Positions 1 to 10,301 are shown, numbered from the stretch's first letter. The stretch is DNA of 32,000 bases from Flavobacteriaceae bacterium (GCA_965224465.1 OZ245049.1:1290001-1322000); one strand, 5' to 3'. Numbers and translations are program-made. The notes: generated by a model from the sequence alone, not told the origin.

Positions 1-929
1 GATCGTGTTTCAAAAAAAACGAAGGAGAAAATAATAAATAAAGCAGCCGAGTTGGGCTATCAACGCAATAGTTTGGCTTCTAAACTAAGAACAAACCGCA
101 CCAATACCATTGGAGTAATTGTACCTCGTATCTCAAGACATTTTTTCTCTTCTGTAATTGCGGGAATAGAAGAAACTGCTTTTAAGGCTGGTTTTGATGT
201 TATTATTTGTCAATCATTAGAGAGTATCGATAGAGAAAAGAAACTTGTAGAAACTTTATTATCAAACAGGGTCGATGGCATTTTAATATCTATTTCTATG
301 GAGACTACTAGTTATGATCATTTAAATAACTACAAAAAAAACGGATTCCCTCTGATATTTTTTGACAGACCTTGTAATGTACAGGAAAACACAAATGTAA
401 TTATAGATGATTTCAAAGCTAGTTTTAAAGCTACAGAACATCTTATAGAAAGAGGGTGTAGACATATTGCACATTTTTCAGGTCCTCAAAATTTAGAATT
501 GTATCAGAATAGAAAATCCGGATATTTGGAAGCTTTAAAAGTACATGGAATCCCAATTTCAGAAGCGCTAATTATAGAAACACAACTGATGCAAAAAGAT
601 GGAATAACAGCCGCCAAAGCCATTTTAAAATTACCCAAGATAGACGGCGTATTTTCTGCCAATGATACCGCAGCCATAAGTGCCATACAATATTTAAAGA
701 GCCAACAAATTAACATTCCAAATGACATTGCTTTTGTCGGATTTAGTAACGAACCCATTTCAGCGTCATAGAACCATCATTAAGTACCATAAACCAACCT
801 GATTTTGAGATGGGAATTGTGGCTTCTTCATTATTATTTGAACAAATAAAAGATAAAAAATATGCTTCGGAAAATCAAACAAAAATATTAACTCCATCAC
901 TTATCATCAGGAACTCATCAAAATTTTAA
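1..929 (+). pseudogene. LacI-family transcriptional regulator; 5' end lies outside the window and the reading frame is broken near 760-771
   Basis: Frame 1 is open from position 1. It reads DRVSKKTKEKIINKAAELGYQRNSLASKLR (tail of a LacI HTH), then a periplasmic-binding-fold core (TIGVIVP..., GILIS, HIAHFSGP), and ends FVGFSNEPISAS at TAG 769-771. Frame 3 is open from 750 and continues SVIEPSLSTINQPDFEMGIVASSLLFEQI...LTPSLIIRNSSKF to TAA 927-929. That is the canonical LacI-family C-terminus (P-x-L-T/S-T-I/V-x-Q-P ... L-I-x-R-x-S). One indel therefore separates the two halves. Confidence 0.6.
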
Positions 930-1023
930 TTTTAAAGCAACACATTAAATAGCACTAAGAACCCCATGTTTAATCCGCTACAAATTAGTTATCCCCTGCT
1001 AGGAACCTCATACATATAATTTT

Positions 1024-4000
1024 ATGAAACATCTTTTATCCTTGCTGTTTTTTATGATTTCAATGTTGTCAAACAGCATTGTTTGTCAAGAAGAAAACCA
1101 CGACTCAAGTCATTTAAAATTCAAACACTTAACAACCAAAGACGGACTTTCTCAAGGCTCTGTTATTGCAATTTTACAAGACAAAAAAGGATATATATGG
1201 TTTGGGACAAGGGATGGACTCAATAAATATGACGGATCTAAATTTGTAGTATATCGCCACAACTCCGAAAACAAAAACAGCATTTCACACAGTTGGATTA
1301 CTGCCATCTATGAAGACACCAATGGTACTTTATGGGTTGGAACCAAAAACGGGCTTAACAAATACAATGCACAAAAAGATCAATTTACGGTATACAAGCA
1401 TACTTCCAAGTCTGCAAGTATTTCCGATAATGAAATATGGGATATTATACAACCCTCCGATTCTCATATATGGATTGCTACAAACAAAGGAATTGACCTT
1501 ATAAACCTAACAAACGGACACGTAAGTCCTATTAAAAAAAACACAACTAGTGCAACCACAAGTAGCAAAAAAATAAGAGACCTCTTACAGACTAGCAATG
1601 GAGACATATGGTTTACGACTACAGAAAACATCTATTTTTATGATTCGACCAACCATACCTTTAAACAATATCAATACCCGACCCTAACAAATAACGATGC
1701 ACACATAAACAATGCACCTACCCTATTTCTAAGTGCTAAAAACCAACTATGGTTAGGCTATGGACAAGGACTCTCCAAATTTAATAAGCAAAAGGGGGCA
1801 TTTGAAAACTTTAAACTAAACAATCACATTTCGATTCAAATATCGGTACGTAGTATTTGTGAAGATTACAGAGGAGCTTTATGGATTGGAACCTATAAAG
1901 GTTTGCATATTTTAAACCCCGACAGAACACGGATCAAAAGTGTCCTACATGACGAAAACAACAGAAAAAGTCTGAGTCAAAATTCGATTTACAAAATCAT
2001 GCAAGATTCTCGTGGAGACATGTGGATTGGCACCTGGGCAGGAGGAATCAATTTCTTTGATCGCAGTTATGACAACTTCAAACAATTATCTTCTGGCGCT
2101 CATAAAAACATGCTCAATTACAAGGTAATTAGTGCTATCATAGAAGGAGACAACAATACGCTTTGGTTAGGAACGGAAGGCGGAGGCATCAATGTTTATG
2201 ACAGAAAAAAAGGAACATTTCGCTATTTCTTACACAATCCAACAAACAAACAAAGCATTAGTTCTAACAATGTAAAATCAATGCTAAAGGACCATCTAGG
2301 AAATTATTGGATAGGAACCCATGATGGAGGACTCAATTTTTTAAACCCTCACAATAAGCCCTATTCTTTTACACATCTAAATCAAAAAATAGACAGTAGT
2401 TCACTTATTTCTGATTGTAGAATCCTAACCTTGTTAGAAGATGTGAATCACAATATCTGGATAGGTACACAAACCAATGGATTGATTTTATACAATACAA
2501 AAACAAAAAAGTTTTACAAACAGCAAAGTCAATTCAAATCAATCACAAGTATTGTACAATCCAGTACCTCATCCGTATTATTACTTGGAGGAAATAAAGG
2601 TTTTGAAAACATCAACATCAACAGTTTAAAAATCCAATCTGTACATTTAGAAGACACAAAACAAACAGAAAACAATCCCATGTCTGTAAATTGTATTTTT
2701 GAAGACGAAAACAAAAATTACTGGATAGGAACTGAAGGAAAGGGATTGTATTACTACGATACAAAAAGCAAACAATCCATCAAATACGGCATCGCACAAG
2801 GACTCCCGAACGAAGTCATCTATGCCATAGTTCCTGACGACAATAATCATATTTGGATCAGTACAAATAATGGAATTAGCCGCTTGAATTTATTCACGAA
2901 AAAAATCAGTAATTTTGATGAATCCGACGGTTTACAGAGTAATGAATTCAACTATGGGGCCTTTTTAAAAACCGCCACAGGAGAACTGATGTTTGGTGGC
3001 ACCAACGGTTTAAATTATTTTAATCCCTCAAAAATTATTGAAAACACTTTTATTCCATCCGTAGACATCTTTGCGTTAAAAGTGAGCAATAAAGAATATT
3101 TAAAAATCACAGATTCTATAAAATCGATTGACTTAAATTATGATCAAAATGATTTTAGCTTTGATTTTACAGCGCTGAGCTATTCACAATCGAACAAAAA
3201 TAATTTCGCATACAAACTCGTTGGCTTTGACCCTACTTGGAATTATATCGGGAATAAAAAAACAGCAACGTATACAAATTTAGATGAAGGAGATTATGTA
3301 TTTAAAGTAAAAGCATCTAATAATAATGGTTTATGGAATGAAAAAGGAGCAACTATAAAAATAAAAATAGCCCCTGCTCCCTGGAAAAAATGGTGGGCAT
3401 ATTTAATTTATTTGGTCATCATTATTACGATCATATACATCCTTAGGCTTCTCCTATTGACAAGAAACAAAGAGAGAAACGAATTAAAGCAAGAAAAATT
3501 AGACAAAGAAAAACTGGAAGAAGTAAATAAATTAAAATTGCGATTATTTACAAATATCTCTCATGATTTTAGGACTCCTCTTACACTTATTGCAGGTCCA
3601 GTAGAACAATTACTTAAAGTAAAGAAACAGGATCCTACTGTAAAGAGGAACTTAGAGACCATCCAAAGAAATACAAATATCCTGTTGCAATTAATTAATG
3701 AATTATTAGATTTCAGAAAAAGTGAATCAGGAAAACTCGCATTATACGCTTCTAATAATGATATAATATCGTTTACAGAAAACATAAAATTATCCTTTGA
3801 AGAATTGGCTTTACAACGCAACATTAGTTATACTTTTACGCATAGCCTCTCCAAATTAGAGGTATGGTTTGACAAAGTAAAGTTCAAAAAAATACTCTTT
3901 AATATACTCTCCAATGCCTTTAAGTTCACAAGCGATGACAAACAAATAGCCATCCATATTTCACAATTACCTGGACGAAAAAAAACAAGTCCTGGTTTTG

Positions 4001-5133
4001 TAAAAATAGAAATCACCAATTATGGAAAAATCATCCCTAAAAAACACATTAAATTTGTCTTCGATCGTTTTTTTCAAGTAGATCAGCAGCATTCACAATC
4101 TGGAACAGGAATAGGACTATCTCTAGTAAAAAGTCTCGTACTGTTACATAAAGGAAGTATCTCTGTTAGTAGTAACGAAAAAGATGGAACATGCTTTAGT
4201 CTTCTATTACCCTTAGGAAAAAAACATTTATCGGCACGTGAATGTATAAATACCATCGAAAAAAGCACGACAAACGAAGTCTTTAAAAAACCAGTATATG
4301 TACAAAAACAACTGCGGTCTAAAGAAATTCTTCTCGCACAAGAAGAGAAACCGTTCGACAAAGAATTAGCCACACTGCTAATTGTAGAAGACAATATAGA
4401 AGTTCGAGATTTTATTAAAAATTTATTTCTCACTAAATATAATATTTTTGAAGCAGAAAACGGCAAAGTTGCCATGGACATTGCAAGAACAGCACCTATA
4501 GACTTAATTATAAGTGACATAATGATGCCCATTATGGACGGGTTTGAACTGTGTAAAACACTTAAAACCACAATAACTACGAGCCATATTCCAATTATTT
4601 TATTAACAGCAAAAACCTCTCCTATACACAAAGGTCAAGGCTACCAATTGGGAGCAAATGCATATATTACAAAACCTTTTGATGCCCAAATATTAGAAGT
4701 ACGGGTAGATAACTTATTAAAATCAAGAGAAAACTTAATCAGCAAGTTTAAAAAAGACCTTATTTTAAAACCTAAAGAACTCACCATCACATCTTCTGAT
4801 GAAAAATTCCTAGAAAAAGCTATCCAAATAGTAGAAATAAATATTTCTGATTCTGAATTTAATGTCTATATATTTACGGAGCAAATGAATATGAGTAGAT
4901 CGGTATTATTTCGTAAAATCAAAGCACTCACAGGGCAATCTATCTCATCATTTATAAGAACCATAAAAATTAAACGAGCAGGACAGTTGCTATCTAAAAC
5001 AAGTCTAAATATTTCCGAAATCGCATACGAAGTTGGTTTCAATGATTTAAAGTACTTTAGAAAATGTTTTAAAAATGAGTTTAATGAAGTCCCCTCAGAT
5101 TACAGAAATTCTCATACCAATGTTCCAGAATAA
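1024..5133 (+). CDS. Hybrid two-component system sensor histidine kinase / response regulator with AraC-type output (PUL regulator)
   Basis: 1369-aa ORF. It has an N-terminal signal/TM and repeated regulator-propeller motifs (IWFGTRDGLNKYD, LWVGTKNGLNKYN, IWIGTYKGLHILN, IWISTNNGISRLN). A Y_Y_Y-like segment (YVFKVKASNNNGLWNE) precedes a TM helix (WWAYLIYLVIIITIIYIL). The cytoplasmic part has the H-box FTNISHDFRTPLT, the ATPase G-box GTGIGLSLVKSLV, a receiver domain (LLIVEDN...ISDIMMPIMDG...LTAK) and an AraC HTH (ISEIAYEVGFNDLKYFRKCFK). Confidence 0.95.
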   Translation: MKHLLSLLFFMISMLSNSIVCQEENHDSSHLKFKHLTTKDGLSQGSVIAILQDKKGYIWFGTRDGLNKYDGSKFVVYRHNSENKNSISHSWITAIYEDTNGTLWVGTKNGLNKYNAQKDQFTVYKHTSKSASISDNEIWDIIQPSDSHIWIATNKGIDLINLTNGHVSPIKKNTTSATTSSKKIRDLLQTSNGDIWFTTTENIYFYDSTNHTFKQYQYPTLTNNDAHINNAPTLFLSAKNQLWLGYGQGLSKFNKQKGAFENFKLNNHISIQISVRSICEDYRGALWIGTYKGLHILNPDRTRIKSVLHDENNRKSLSQNSIYKIMQDSRGDMWIGTWAGGINFFDRSYDNFKQLSSGAHKNMLNYKVISAIIEGDNNTLWLGTEGGGINVYDRKKGTFRYFLHNPTNKQSISSNNVKSMLKDHLGNYWIGTHDGGLNFLNPHNKPYSFTHLNQKIDSSSLISDCRILTLLEDVNHNIWIGTQTNGLILYNTKTKKFYKQQSQFKSITSIVQSSTSSVLLLGGNKGFENININSLKIQSVHLEDTKQTENNPMSVNCIFEDENKNYWIGTEGKGLYYYDTKSKQSIKYGIAQGLPNEVIYAIVPDDNNHIWISTNNGISRLNLFTKKISNFDESDGLQSNEFNYGAFLKTATGELMFGGTNGLNYFNPSKIIENTFIPSVDIFALKVSNKEYLKITDSIKSIDLNYDQNDFSFDFTALSYSQSNKNNFAYKLVGFDPTWNYIGNKKTATYTNLDEGDYVFKVKASNNNGLWNEKGATIKIKIAPAPWKKWWAYLIYLVIIITIIYILRLLLLTRNKERNELKQEKLDKEKLEEVNKLKLRLFTNISHDFRTPLTLIAGPVEQLLKVKKQDPTVKRNLETIQRNTNILLQLINELLDFRKSESGKLALYASNNDIISFTENIKLSFEELALQRNISYTFTHSLSKLEVWFDKVKFKKILFNILSNAFKFTSDDKQIAIHISQLPGRKKTSPGFVKIEITNYGKIIPKKHIKFVFDRFFQVDQQHSQSGTGIGLSLVKSLVLLHKGSISVSSNEKDGTCFSLLLPLGKKHLSARECINTIEKSTTNEVFKKPVYVQKQLRSKEILLAQEEKPFDKELATLLIVEDNIEVRDFIKNLFLTKYNIFEAENGKVAMDIARTAPIDLIISDIMMPIMDGFELCKTLKTTITTSHIPIILLTAKTSPIHKGQGYQLGANAYITKPFDAQILEVRVDNLLKSRENLISKFKKDLILKPKELTITSSDEKFLEKAIQIVEINISDSEFNVYIFTEQMNMSRSVLFRKIKALTGQSISSFIRTIKIKRAGQLLSKTSLNISEIAYEVGFNDLKYFRKCFKNEFNEVPSDYRNSHTNVPE

Positions 5134-5151
5134 TTTTTCAAAAAAGAACTA

Positions 5152-5303
5152 ATACCAACTACAATCCAAAATAACCGATATAGATGGTTTATTTTATGTG
5201 CTAGCGTTGTTGAAAAATAGAACGATAGCGAAGGTCATCCTTAAATTTTTCACTTAGCTATAATACCCTATCTAGATCGTCACTTGGAAATGTATTTGGT
5301 ATA
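5152..5303 (+). repeat. MITE-like repeat, copy 1 (full length, ~152 bp)
   Basis: Starts ATACCAACTACAATCC and ends GAAATGTATTTGGTAT; the ends are imperfect inverted repeats of each other. It aligns over its whole length with 24839-24997 and 25241-25401. It begins 19 nt after the HTCS stop codon. Confidence 0.8.
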
Positions 5304-5637
5304 AAAAGCTTTTTTTAAGCCCTAAAAAAAACACTAATTAGTCTTATTAATTGCGTTTTTACACAGAAACACAAAGCCTTCATTATAAACAAGTTAAAAT
5401 AAGCATATTCTGCTTTAGTTCAATATTACAACGTTTTCGAACAATCTGTTCCCTTTTATAGAACGATATATCCCTTGTTATACTAAAAACAAAGAGGAAA
5501 TTTACATCATCAAATAACAACATTAAATAACAGAAACTTAATTTAACAGAAACATGATATAGCAAGTGTACCTGACACACATTAAATAGTCGAGATCCAC
5601 TTAATAATCATAGCTCCCTAAATTAACCCTATTCATT

Positions 5638-7101
5638 ATGAAAAAAATAATCTATTTCTTAACCGCTTTCCTCTTGATGATAGCTCTTAAAAGCTGTAAC
5701 GAGGATACATTTATGCCCAACACGGATCCTGAATCCTATGGCAATCCAGCAGACTTATTATATGCAGATATATTAAACGCTAGAGAATATAGTAAACTAA
5801 AATCTGGAATACCACATGTAGACACCAATCAACTAATTCCTACCTACCAACTAATATCTGGTAAAGATAAAGACGGAAAAGCATTGGACGAAACTTATAT
5901 GAGTGACGTTTCTATAGACAATGCAAGTATAAAAAGCGATAAAATAAATTACAGTACCGCTGGAAGAATTACGATTGCTGATGGTAATAAATTTGGTACT
6001 GGAGAATATTTCTTTACCATTAAGGTAAGTACAGAATTGAACGGGGTAAAACACGAAACTACATTTGAAGATGTCTTTCATATACAAGTAGGTCCACAGT
6101 TGGTAAAAGACTTGCTGTACTCCCCTATTGCACAAAATTTAATAATAGGAACAGACAAAACAACTACAAAACCATACTTATTATCTGGAAATCCAGCTGT
6201 TTCTTTTGCTTTAAAAAGTCATAATGACATCTTAAAAATTGACGCAAAAACAGGTATTATTTCCTTAGTAGATGGGTACACAATTACAGAAAACCAAACC
6301 ATCTTCCCTAAAGTAGAAGTAACCAGTAATATGAGCAGTGAAACCACAGAGTTTCAAGGAGACAGTTTCTTGATGATTGTAATTTCTAACAGTCCTGTAG
6401 ATTTACCTAAAAAAACAATCTTCTTTTTTTACCCAACACTTCAAGCAGAAAACACCTTATACGGTTATAGAAAAGACATTATTTCTGCTGGAGATGTAAA
6501 ATATGCAAAAACATGGATGCAATCAGCGCCATCAAACATCGCAGTTTCAGAACGTCCAGAAGATGTAATAGGCGCCAAATCATTATTTACCAATGTCGTA
6601 CTTGGAGGGTGGTCTAATCCACATGAATCAGATGTGATTATCAATTCTCAAGATTTGACTAAATACAGCCTAGGCTATAATGTTTCCACTGTATTTTACA
6701 TAAAAAACAAATACGTAGAATACTTGGCTGACGGACGTACACCTACAGATTTAGAAGTGTATTACTCGACAGATTACGATGGGAATAATAGTGCTGCATC
6801 TTGGACAAAAATCAATGATCAACTTCGCTGTTCTATCAATGGGAAAGGAACTCCTTTTACAGGAACCCCATATCCAGGTGATCAGAAAAAAGCAGATCCA
6901 GACACTAAGAAAAACAGCAGTAGAAATGCAGATTCCAAATGGGTAAAGTGTGAATTTGATTTAAATAATTTCAAATCAGAAAAAAGTTTTACACTAAAAT
7001 TCAAATTCGCTTCTTATTATACAGGAGCTATCAAAGGAGCTAAAGGACGTGGCGGTAGATATTACATCTCTGACGTACACTTTAAAGCCTCTGAGGAATA
7101 A
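5638..7101 (+). CDS. Hypothetical surface lipoprotein, candidate surface glycan-binding protein
   Basis: 487-aa ORF with a signal peptide and lipobox (LMIALKSC). The Cys is followed by acidic NED, which resembles the Bacteroidota surface-export signal. No catalytic motif was recognised. The stop lies 32 nt upstream of the susC-like start. Confidence 0.5.
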   Translation: MKKIIYFLTAFLLMIALKSCNEDTFMPNTDPESYGNPADLLYADILNAREYSKLKSGIPHVDTNQLIPTYQLISGKDKDGKALDETYMSDVSIDNASIKSDKINYSTAGRITIADGNKFGTGEYFFTIKVSTELNGVKHETTFEDVFHIQVGPQLVKDLLYSPIAQNLIIGTDKTTTKPYLLSGNPAVSFALKSHNDILKIDAKTGIISLVDGYTITENQTIFPKVEVTSNMSSETTEFQGDSFLMIVISNSPVDLPKKTIFFFYPTLQAENTLYGYRKDIISAGDVKYAKTWMQSAPSNIAVSERPEDVIGAKSLFTNVVLGGWSNPHESDVIINSQDLTKYSLGYNVSTVFYIKNKYVEYLADGRTPTDLEVYYSTDYDGNNSAASWTKINDQLRCSINGKGTPFTGTPYPGDQKKADPDTKKNSSRNADSKWVKCEFDLNNFKSEKSFTLKFKFASYYTGAIKGAKGRGGRYYISDVHFKASEE

Positions 7102-7133
7102 GCACACTCTTTAACATTATCAATATATTACAA

Positions 7134-10100
7134 ATGAAAAAAATATTTTATATCGTACTATTGCTCACAATTATGCCTTTTGTTGCTTTTGCACAAAATA
7201 GCGTGAGCGGTACAGTAACTGACACCAACGGAGAACCAATCCCTGGTGTGAACGTCCTGTTAAAAGGAACCGCTATAGGAACAAGTACTGACTTTGATGG
7301 TTTGTACAAAATAGAAAGCACGAAGTCTACGGATGTATTAGTTTTTAGCTACCTAGGATTTACCACTACCAACGAGTTGGTAGGAAATCGTACAGAGATA
7401 AACATTCAATTAAAAGCTAGCAACGAACAATTGGACGAGATTGTCATCATAGGATATGGATCTGTTCGTAAAAAAGACCTCACGGGCTCTGTCGCTAAAA
7501 TATCGAGTGATGATTTAATAAAAACAGCTACTACCAACTTTGACCAAGCCTTGGCAGGGAGAGTTTCTGGAGTACAAATTTCTTCTGTAGACGGAACACC
7601 AGGAGAAGGATTAAATATTACCATCCGTGGAGGGAACTCTATCACAGGTGATAATTCTCCTTTATATGTAATCGATGGAATTCCTTTAGATAATTTTGAT
7701 CCAGGAAGCATCAGTACAAACGACATTCAAAGTTTTGACATTCAAAAAGATGCATCTGCCACTGCTATTTACGGATCTAGAGCGGCAAATGGGGTTATCT
7801 TAATCACAACAAAGCAAGGACGTAAGGATGGGAAAACAGATGTTAAACTTAGTGTAGCCCACGGAGTACAATGGGTTTCAAATCGTTTAAAAACACTAAG
7901 TCCTTATGAGTATGTAAAATACCAAGAGCAAGCTGCATATGCTATAGACAACTATGTTCCTGGAGAATATGTTGGATATTTTAAAGATTCTTGGATAGAC
8001 CCAGAATTATATCGCACTAAAAAAGGAACGAGCTGGCAAGATGAAATTTTCAGATTTGCAAGCACAGACAAATACAATGCTAGTATTAGCGGAGGTAACA
8101 GTACGACCAATATCTATTTTTCTTCTGAGTTTATAGAGCAAGAGGGAACCATGATTAATACAGGGTATAAAAAAATATACAACAACCTTAAATTTGGACA
8201 TAAGATAAATGATAAGACCAAACTAAATGGGTATTTACAATATACTTTTCTAAACAGAAATGGAATCGGAATCTCTGGAAACTCATATACTTCTGTAATT
8301 AGAGATGCCATACAGTTTAGACCTGTAGAGCCGATAAACAGTGACGGATTAGAACAGGGAGGATATGACCCTACAGATCAAAGTCAGAAATACTTATTTA
8401 ACCCTGTAAAAAACTTAATGAATACCGATCGTCAACGACGCTCTGATATTTTAAGGGGGAGTTTAAAATTAACACATAAATTTAATTCGGACTTCGTATT
8501 AAGACTGTCTGGATCTTACCAAATAGACAGTAGAAAACAAACCTTATTTTTCGGGAAAGATACCCAACAGGGATCTCGTGGAAGTGATCATATTAGTGGA
8601 TCTGTAACAAATAGAAGGTATCAAACACTTTCTTCTTCAAATACTTTATCTTATAGAAAAAAGATTAATCAACATCGTTTCTCCTTATTAGCAGGTACGG
8701 AAATACAAACCAAAGATTACGAATACTCTTGGATGAAAAATTCTGAAATACCATCAGATTTATTCGGTATTAAAAAACTTGGATTGGGTGTTTCTCCTGG
8801 GATTCCACAAACCTCAAATTCTAGGAATGCATTATTATCTTACTTTGGTAGAGTTAACTATAACTTAAGAGATAAGTATCTCTTTACAGCAACCTATCGT
8901 GCAGATGGTTCTTCAAAATTCAATAAGGACAACCGTTGGGGATATTTCCCATCGTTCTCTTCTGCTTGGAAAATTAGCGATGAACAATTTATGAAAGCTA
9001 TACCCGTAATTTCTTTTGCTAAACTTAGAGCAGGATGGGGAATTACAGGGAATAACCGTATTGGAGATTACGATGCTTACAGCCAACTAAACGCAAATAC
9101 TTCTAGCGGATATGTATGGGGCAACGGAGAAAAATACATCCCTGGAGCTTACCAAAGTAATTTAGGTGTTCCTAATTTACGTTGGGAATCTACAGCACAA
9201 TCAAATGTAGGTTTAGACTTAGCGTTCTTAGATCAAAACATAGAATTGACCGTAGATTATTACAACAAACAAACCTCTGATTTATTATTAAATGCAGAAA
9301 TGGCATTGCACACTGGATTTAACAAAGTGCAACAAAACATTGGAAAGGTTGAAAACAAAGGATTGGAAATTGGCTTAAACACAACCAATATAAATACGGA
9401 TAAATTCAAATGGTATTCCTCATTTAACATATCATTCAACAAAAACAAAACGTTGGCATTGAATGATGGTCAAACAGAAATCTTTACAAATCCTAGATGG
9501 AACAACTCTTATTCCGAATACCAATACATCACTCAAATTGGTCAACCTGTAGGAATGATGTACGGATTGGAATTTGACCGCATCTATCAATTAAATGATT
9601 TTAATTGGGATAATGGGTATCAAACATATATTTTAAAAGACGGAGTTCCTGACAATGGCGCTTTACCTGTAGGTCCTGGGAGTGTGAAATTTATAGATCA
9701 AAATGGAGATGGAACCATCAACGAATTGGATAGAAAAATTATTGGAAACCCACACCCAAAACACTTTGGAGGATTTTCTAATACTATAGAATTCGGAAAC
9801 TTTGATGTCTCTGCATTACTACAATGGTCTTACGGATTTGATATTATGAATGCAAACAAAGCGGTATTTGAAGTACCTACCGCAGGGAAACAAAGTGGTT
9901 TTGCAGCCTTGGCAGATGCATGGACTCCACTAAATACAGATACTACTATTGGTGCAGTGCGTTATATGTCTGTTTATGGAGCACCTCCAAAGGGAAACCA
10001 AATGGACGATCGCTATATTGAAGATGGATCTTATTTAAAATTAAAATCAGTTTCTATTGGGTTTAGTCTTCCTGATAACGCGTTAGAAAACATGAAAGTA

Positions 10101-10271
10101 AAAAAATTCAGAATCTATTTAACGGGTCAAAACATATTTACTTGGACAAAATACTCTGGCTATGACCCAGATGTTTCCGTAGGAAAATACGGAGCTTTAA
10201 CACCTCGATTAGACTATTCTGCATATCCTCAAAGCACCACTATAATGGGAGGAATAGACATCACATTTTAA
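7134..10271 (+). CDS. SusC/RagA-family TonB-dependent outer-membrane transporter
   Basis: 1045 aa with a signal peptide. Carboxypeptidase-regulatory-like N-domain (VSGTVTDTNGEPIPGVNVLLKGT...DFDGLYKI), TonB-box region (DEIVIIGYGS), plug motifs (LAGRVSGVQI, PLYVIDGIP, DIQKDASATAIYGSRAANGVILITTKQG), a long beta-barrel and a C-terminal aromatic residue (IDITF). Confidence 0.95.
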   Translation: MKKIFYIVLLLTIMPFVAFAQNSVSGTVTDTNGEPIPGVNVLLKGTAIGTSTDFDGLYKIESTKSTDVLVFSYLGFTTTNELVGNRTEINIQLKASNEQLDEIVIIGYGSVRKKDLTGSVAKISSDDLIKTATTNFDQALAGRVSGVQISSVDGTPGEGLNITIRGGNSITGDNSPLYVIDGIPLDNFDPGSISTNDIQSFDIQKDASATAIYGSRAANGVILITTKQGRKDGKTDVKLSVAHGVQWVSNRLKTLSPYEYVKYQEQAAYAIDNYVPGEYVGYFKDSWIDPELYRTKKGTSWQDEIFRFASTDKYNASISGGNSTTNIYFSSEFIEQEGTMINTGYKKIYNNLKFGHKINDKTKLNGYLQYTFLNRNGIGISGNSYTSVIRDAIQFRPVEPINSDGLEQGGYDPTDQSQKYLFNPVKNLMNTDRQRRSDILRGSLKLTHKFNSDFVLRLSGSYQIDSRKQTLFFGKDTQQGSRGSDHISGSVTNRRYQTLSSSNTLSYRKKINQHRFSLLAGTEIQTKDYEYSWMKNSEIPSDLFGIKKLGLGVSPGIPQTSNSRNALLSYFGRVNYNLRDKYLFTATYRADGSSKFNKDNRWGYFPSFSSAWKISDEQFMKAIPVISFAKLRAGWGITGNNRIGDYDAYSQLNANTSSGYVWGNGEKYIPGAYQSNLGVPNLRWESTAQSNVGLDLAFLDQNIELTVDYYNKQTSDLLLNAEMALHTGFNKVQQNIGKVENKGLEIGLNTTNINTDKFKWYSSFNISFNKNKTLALNDGQTEIFTNPRWNNSYSEYQYITQIGQPVGMMYGLEFDRIYQLNDFNWDNGYQTYILKDGVPDNGALPVGPGSVKFIDQNGDGTINELDRKIIGNPHPKHFGGFSNTIEFGNFDVSALLQWSYGFDIMNANKAVFEVPTAGKQSGFAALADAWTPLNTDTTIGAVRYMSVYGAPPKGNQMDDRYIEDGSYLKLKSVSIGFSLPDNALENMKVKKFRIYLTGQNIFTWTKYSGYDPDVSVGKYGALTPRLDYSAYPQSTTIMGGIDITF

Positions 10272-10301
10272 TTGATTTATCAAAAATTAATAGTAGAAAT
10301 A

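Noticed and set aside
940-952. Exact 13-mer ACACATTAAATAG shared upstream of the HTCS gene (940-952) and upstream of the first PUL operon (5577-5589)
   Set aside because: It is tempting as a shared operator. However, dozens of chance 13-mer repeats are expected among all position pairs in a 32-kb AT-rich window on two strands. It is not significant without conservation data.
4083-4631. 182-aa ORF antisense to the HTCS gene, plus many other 60-106-aa antisense ORFs inside the large genes (e.g. 504-758, 7406-7726, 14185-14469, 24184-24510)
   Set aside because: The sense frames carry unambiguous domain motifs along their whole length. The antisense products are low-complexity, have no recognisable motifs, and are typical artefacts of frames that happen to lack stop codons.
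5383-5580. 65-aa - strand ORF in the HTCS-to-operon spacer, and the similar 28461-28700 and 28715-28939 - strand ORFs
   Set aside because: No motifs were seen. They lie in promoter or repeat-containing spacers or overlap the start of a supported + strand gene, so they were judged spurious.
10272-10301. TTG start extending the SusD-like ORF by 10 codons
   Set aside because: The ATG at 10302 yields a canonical lipoprotein signal peptide. The TTG directly abuts the susC stop and adds a non-signal-like extension.
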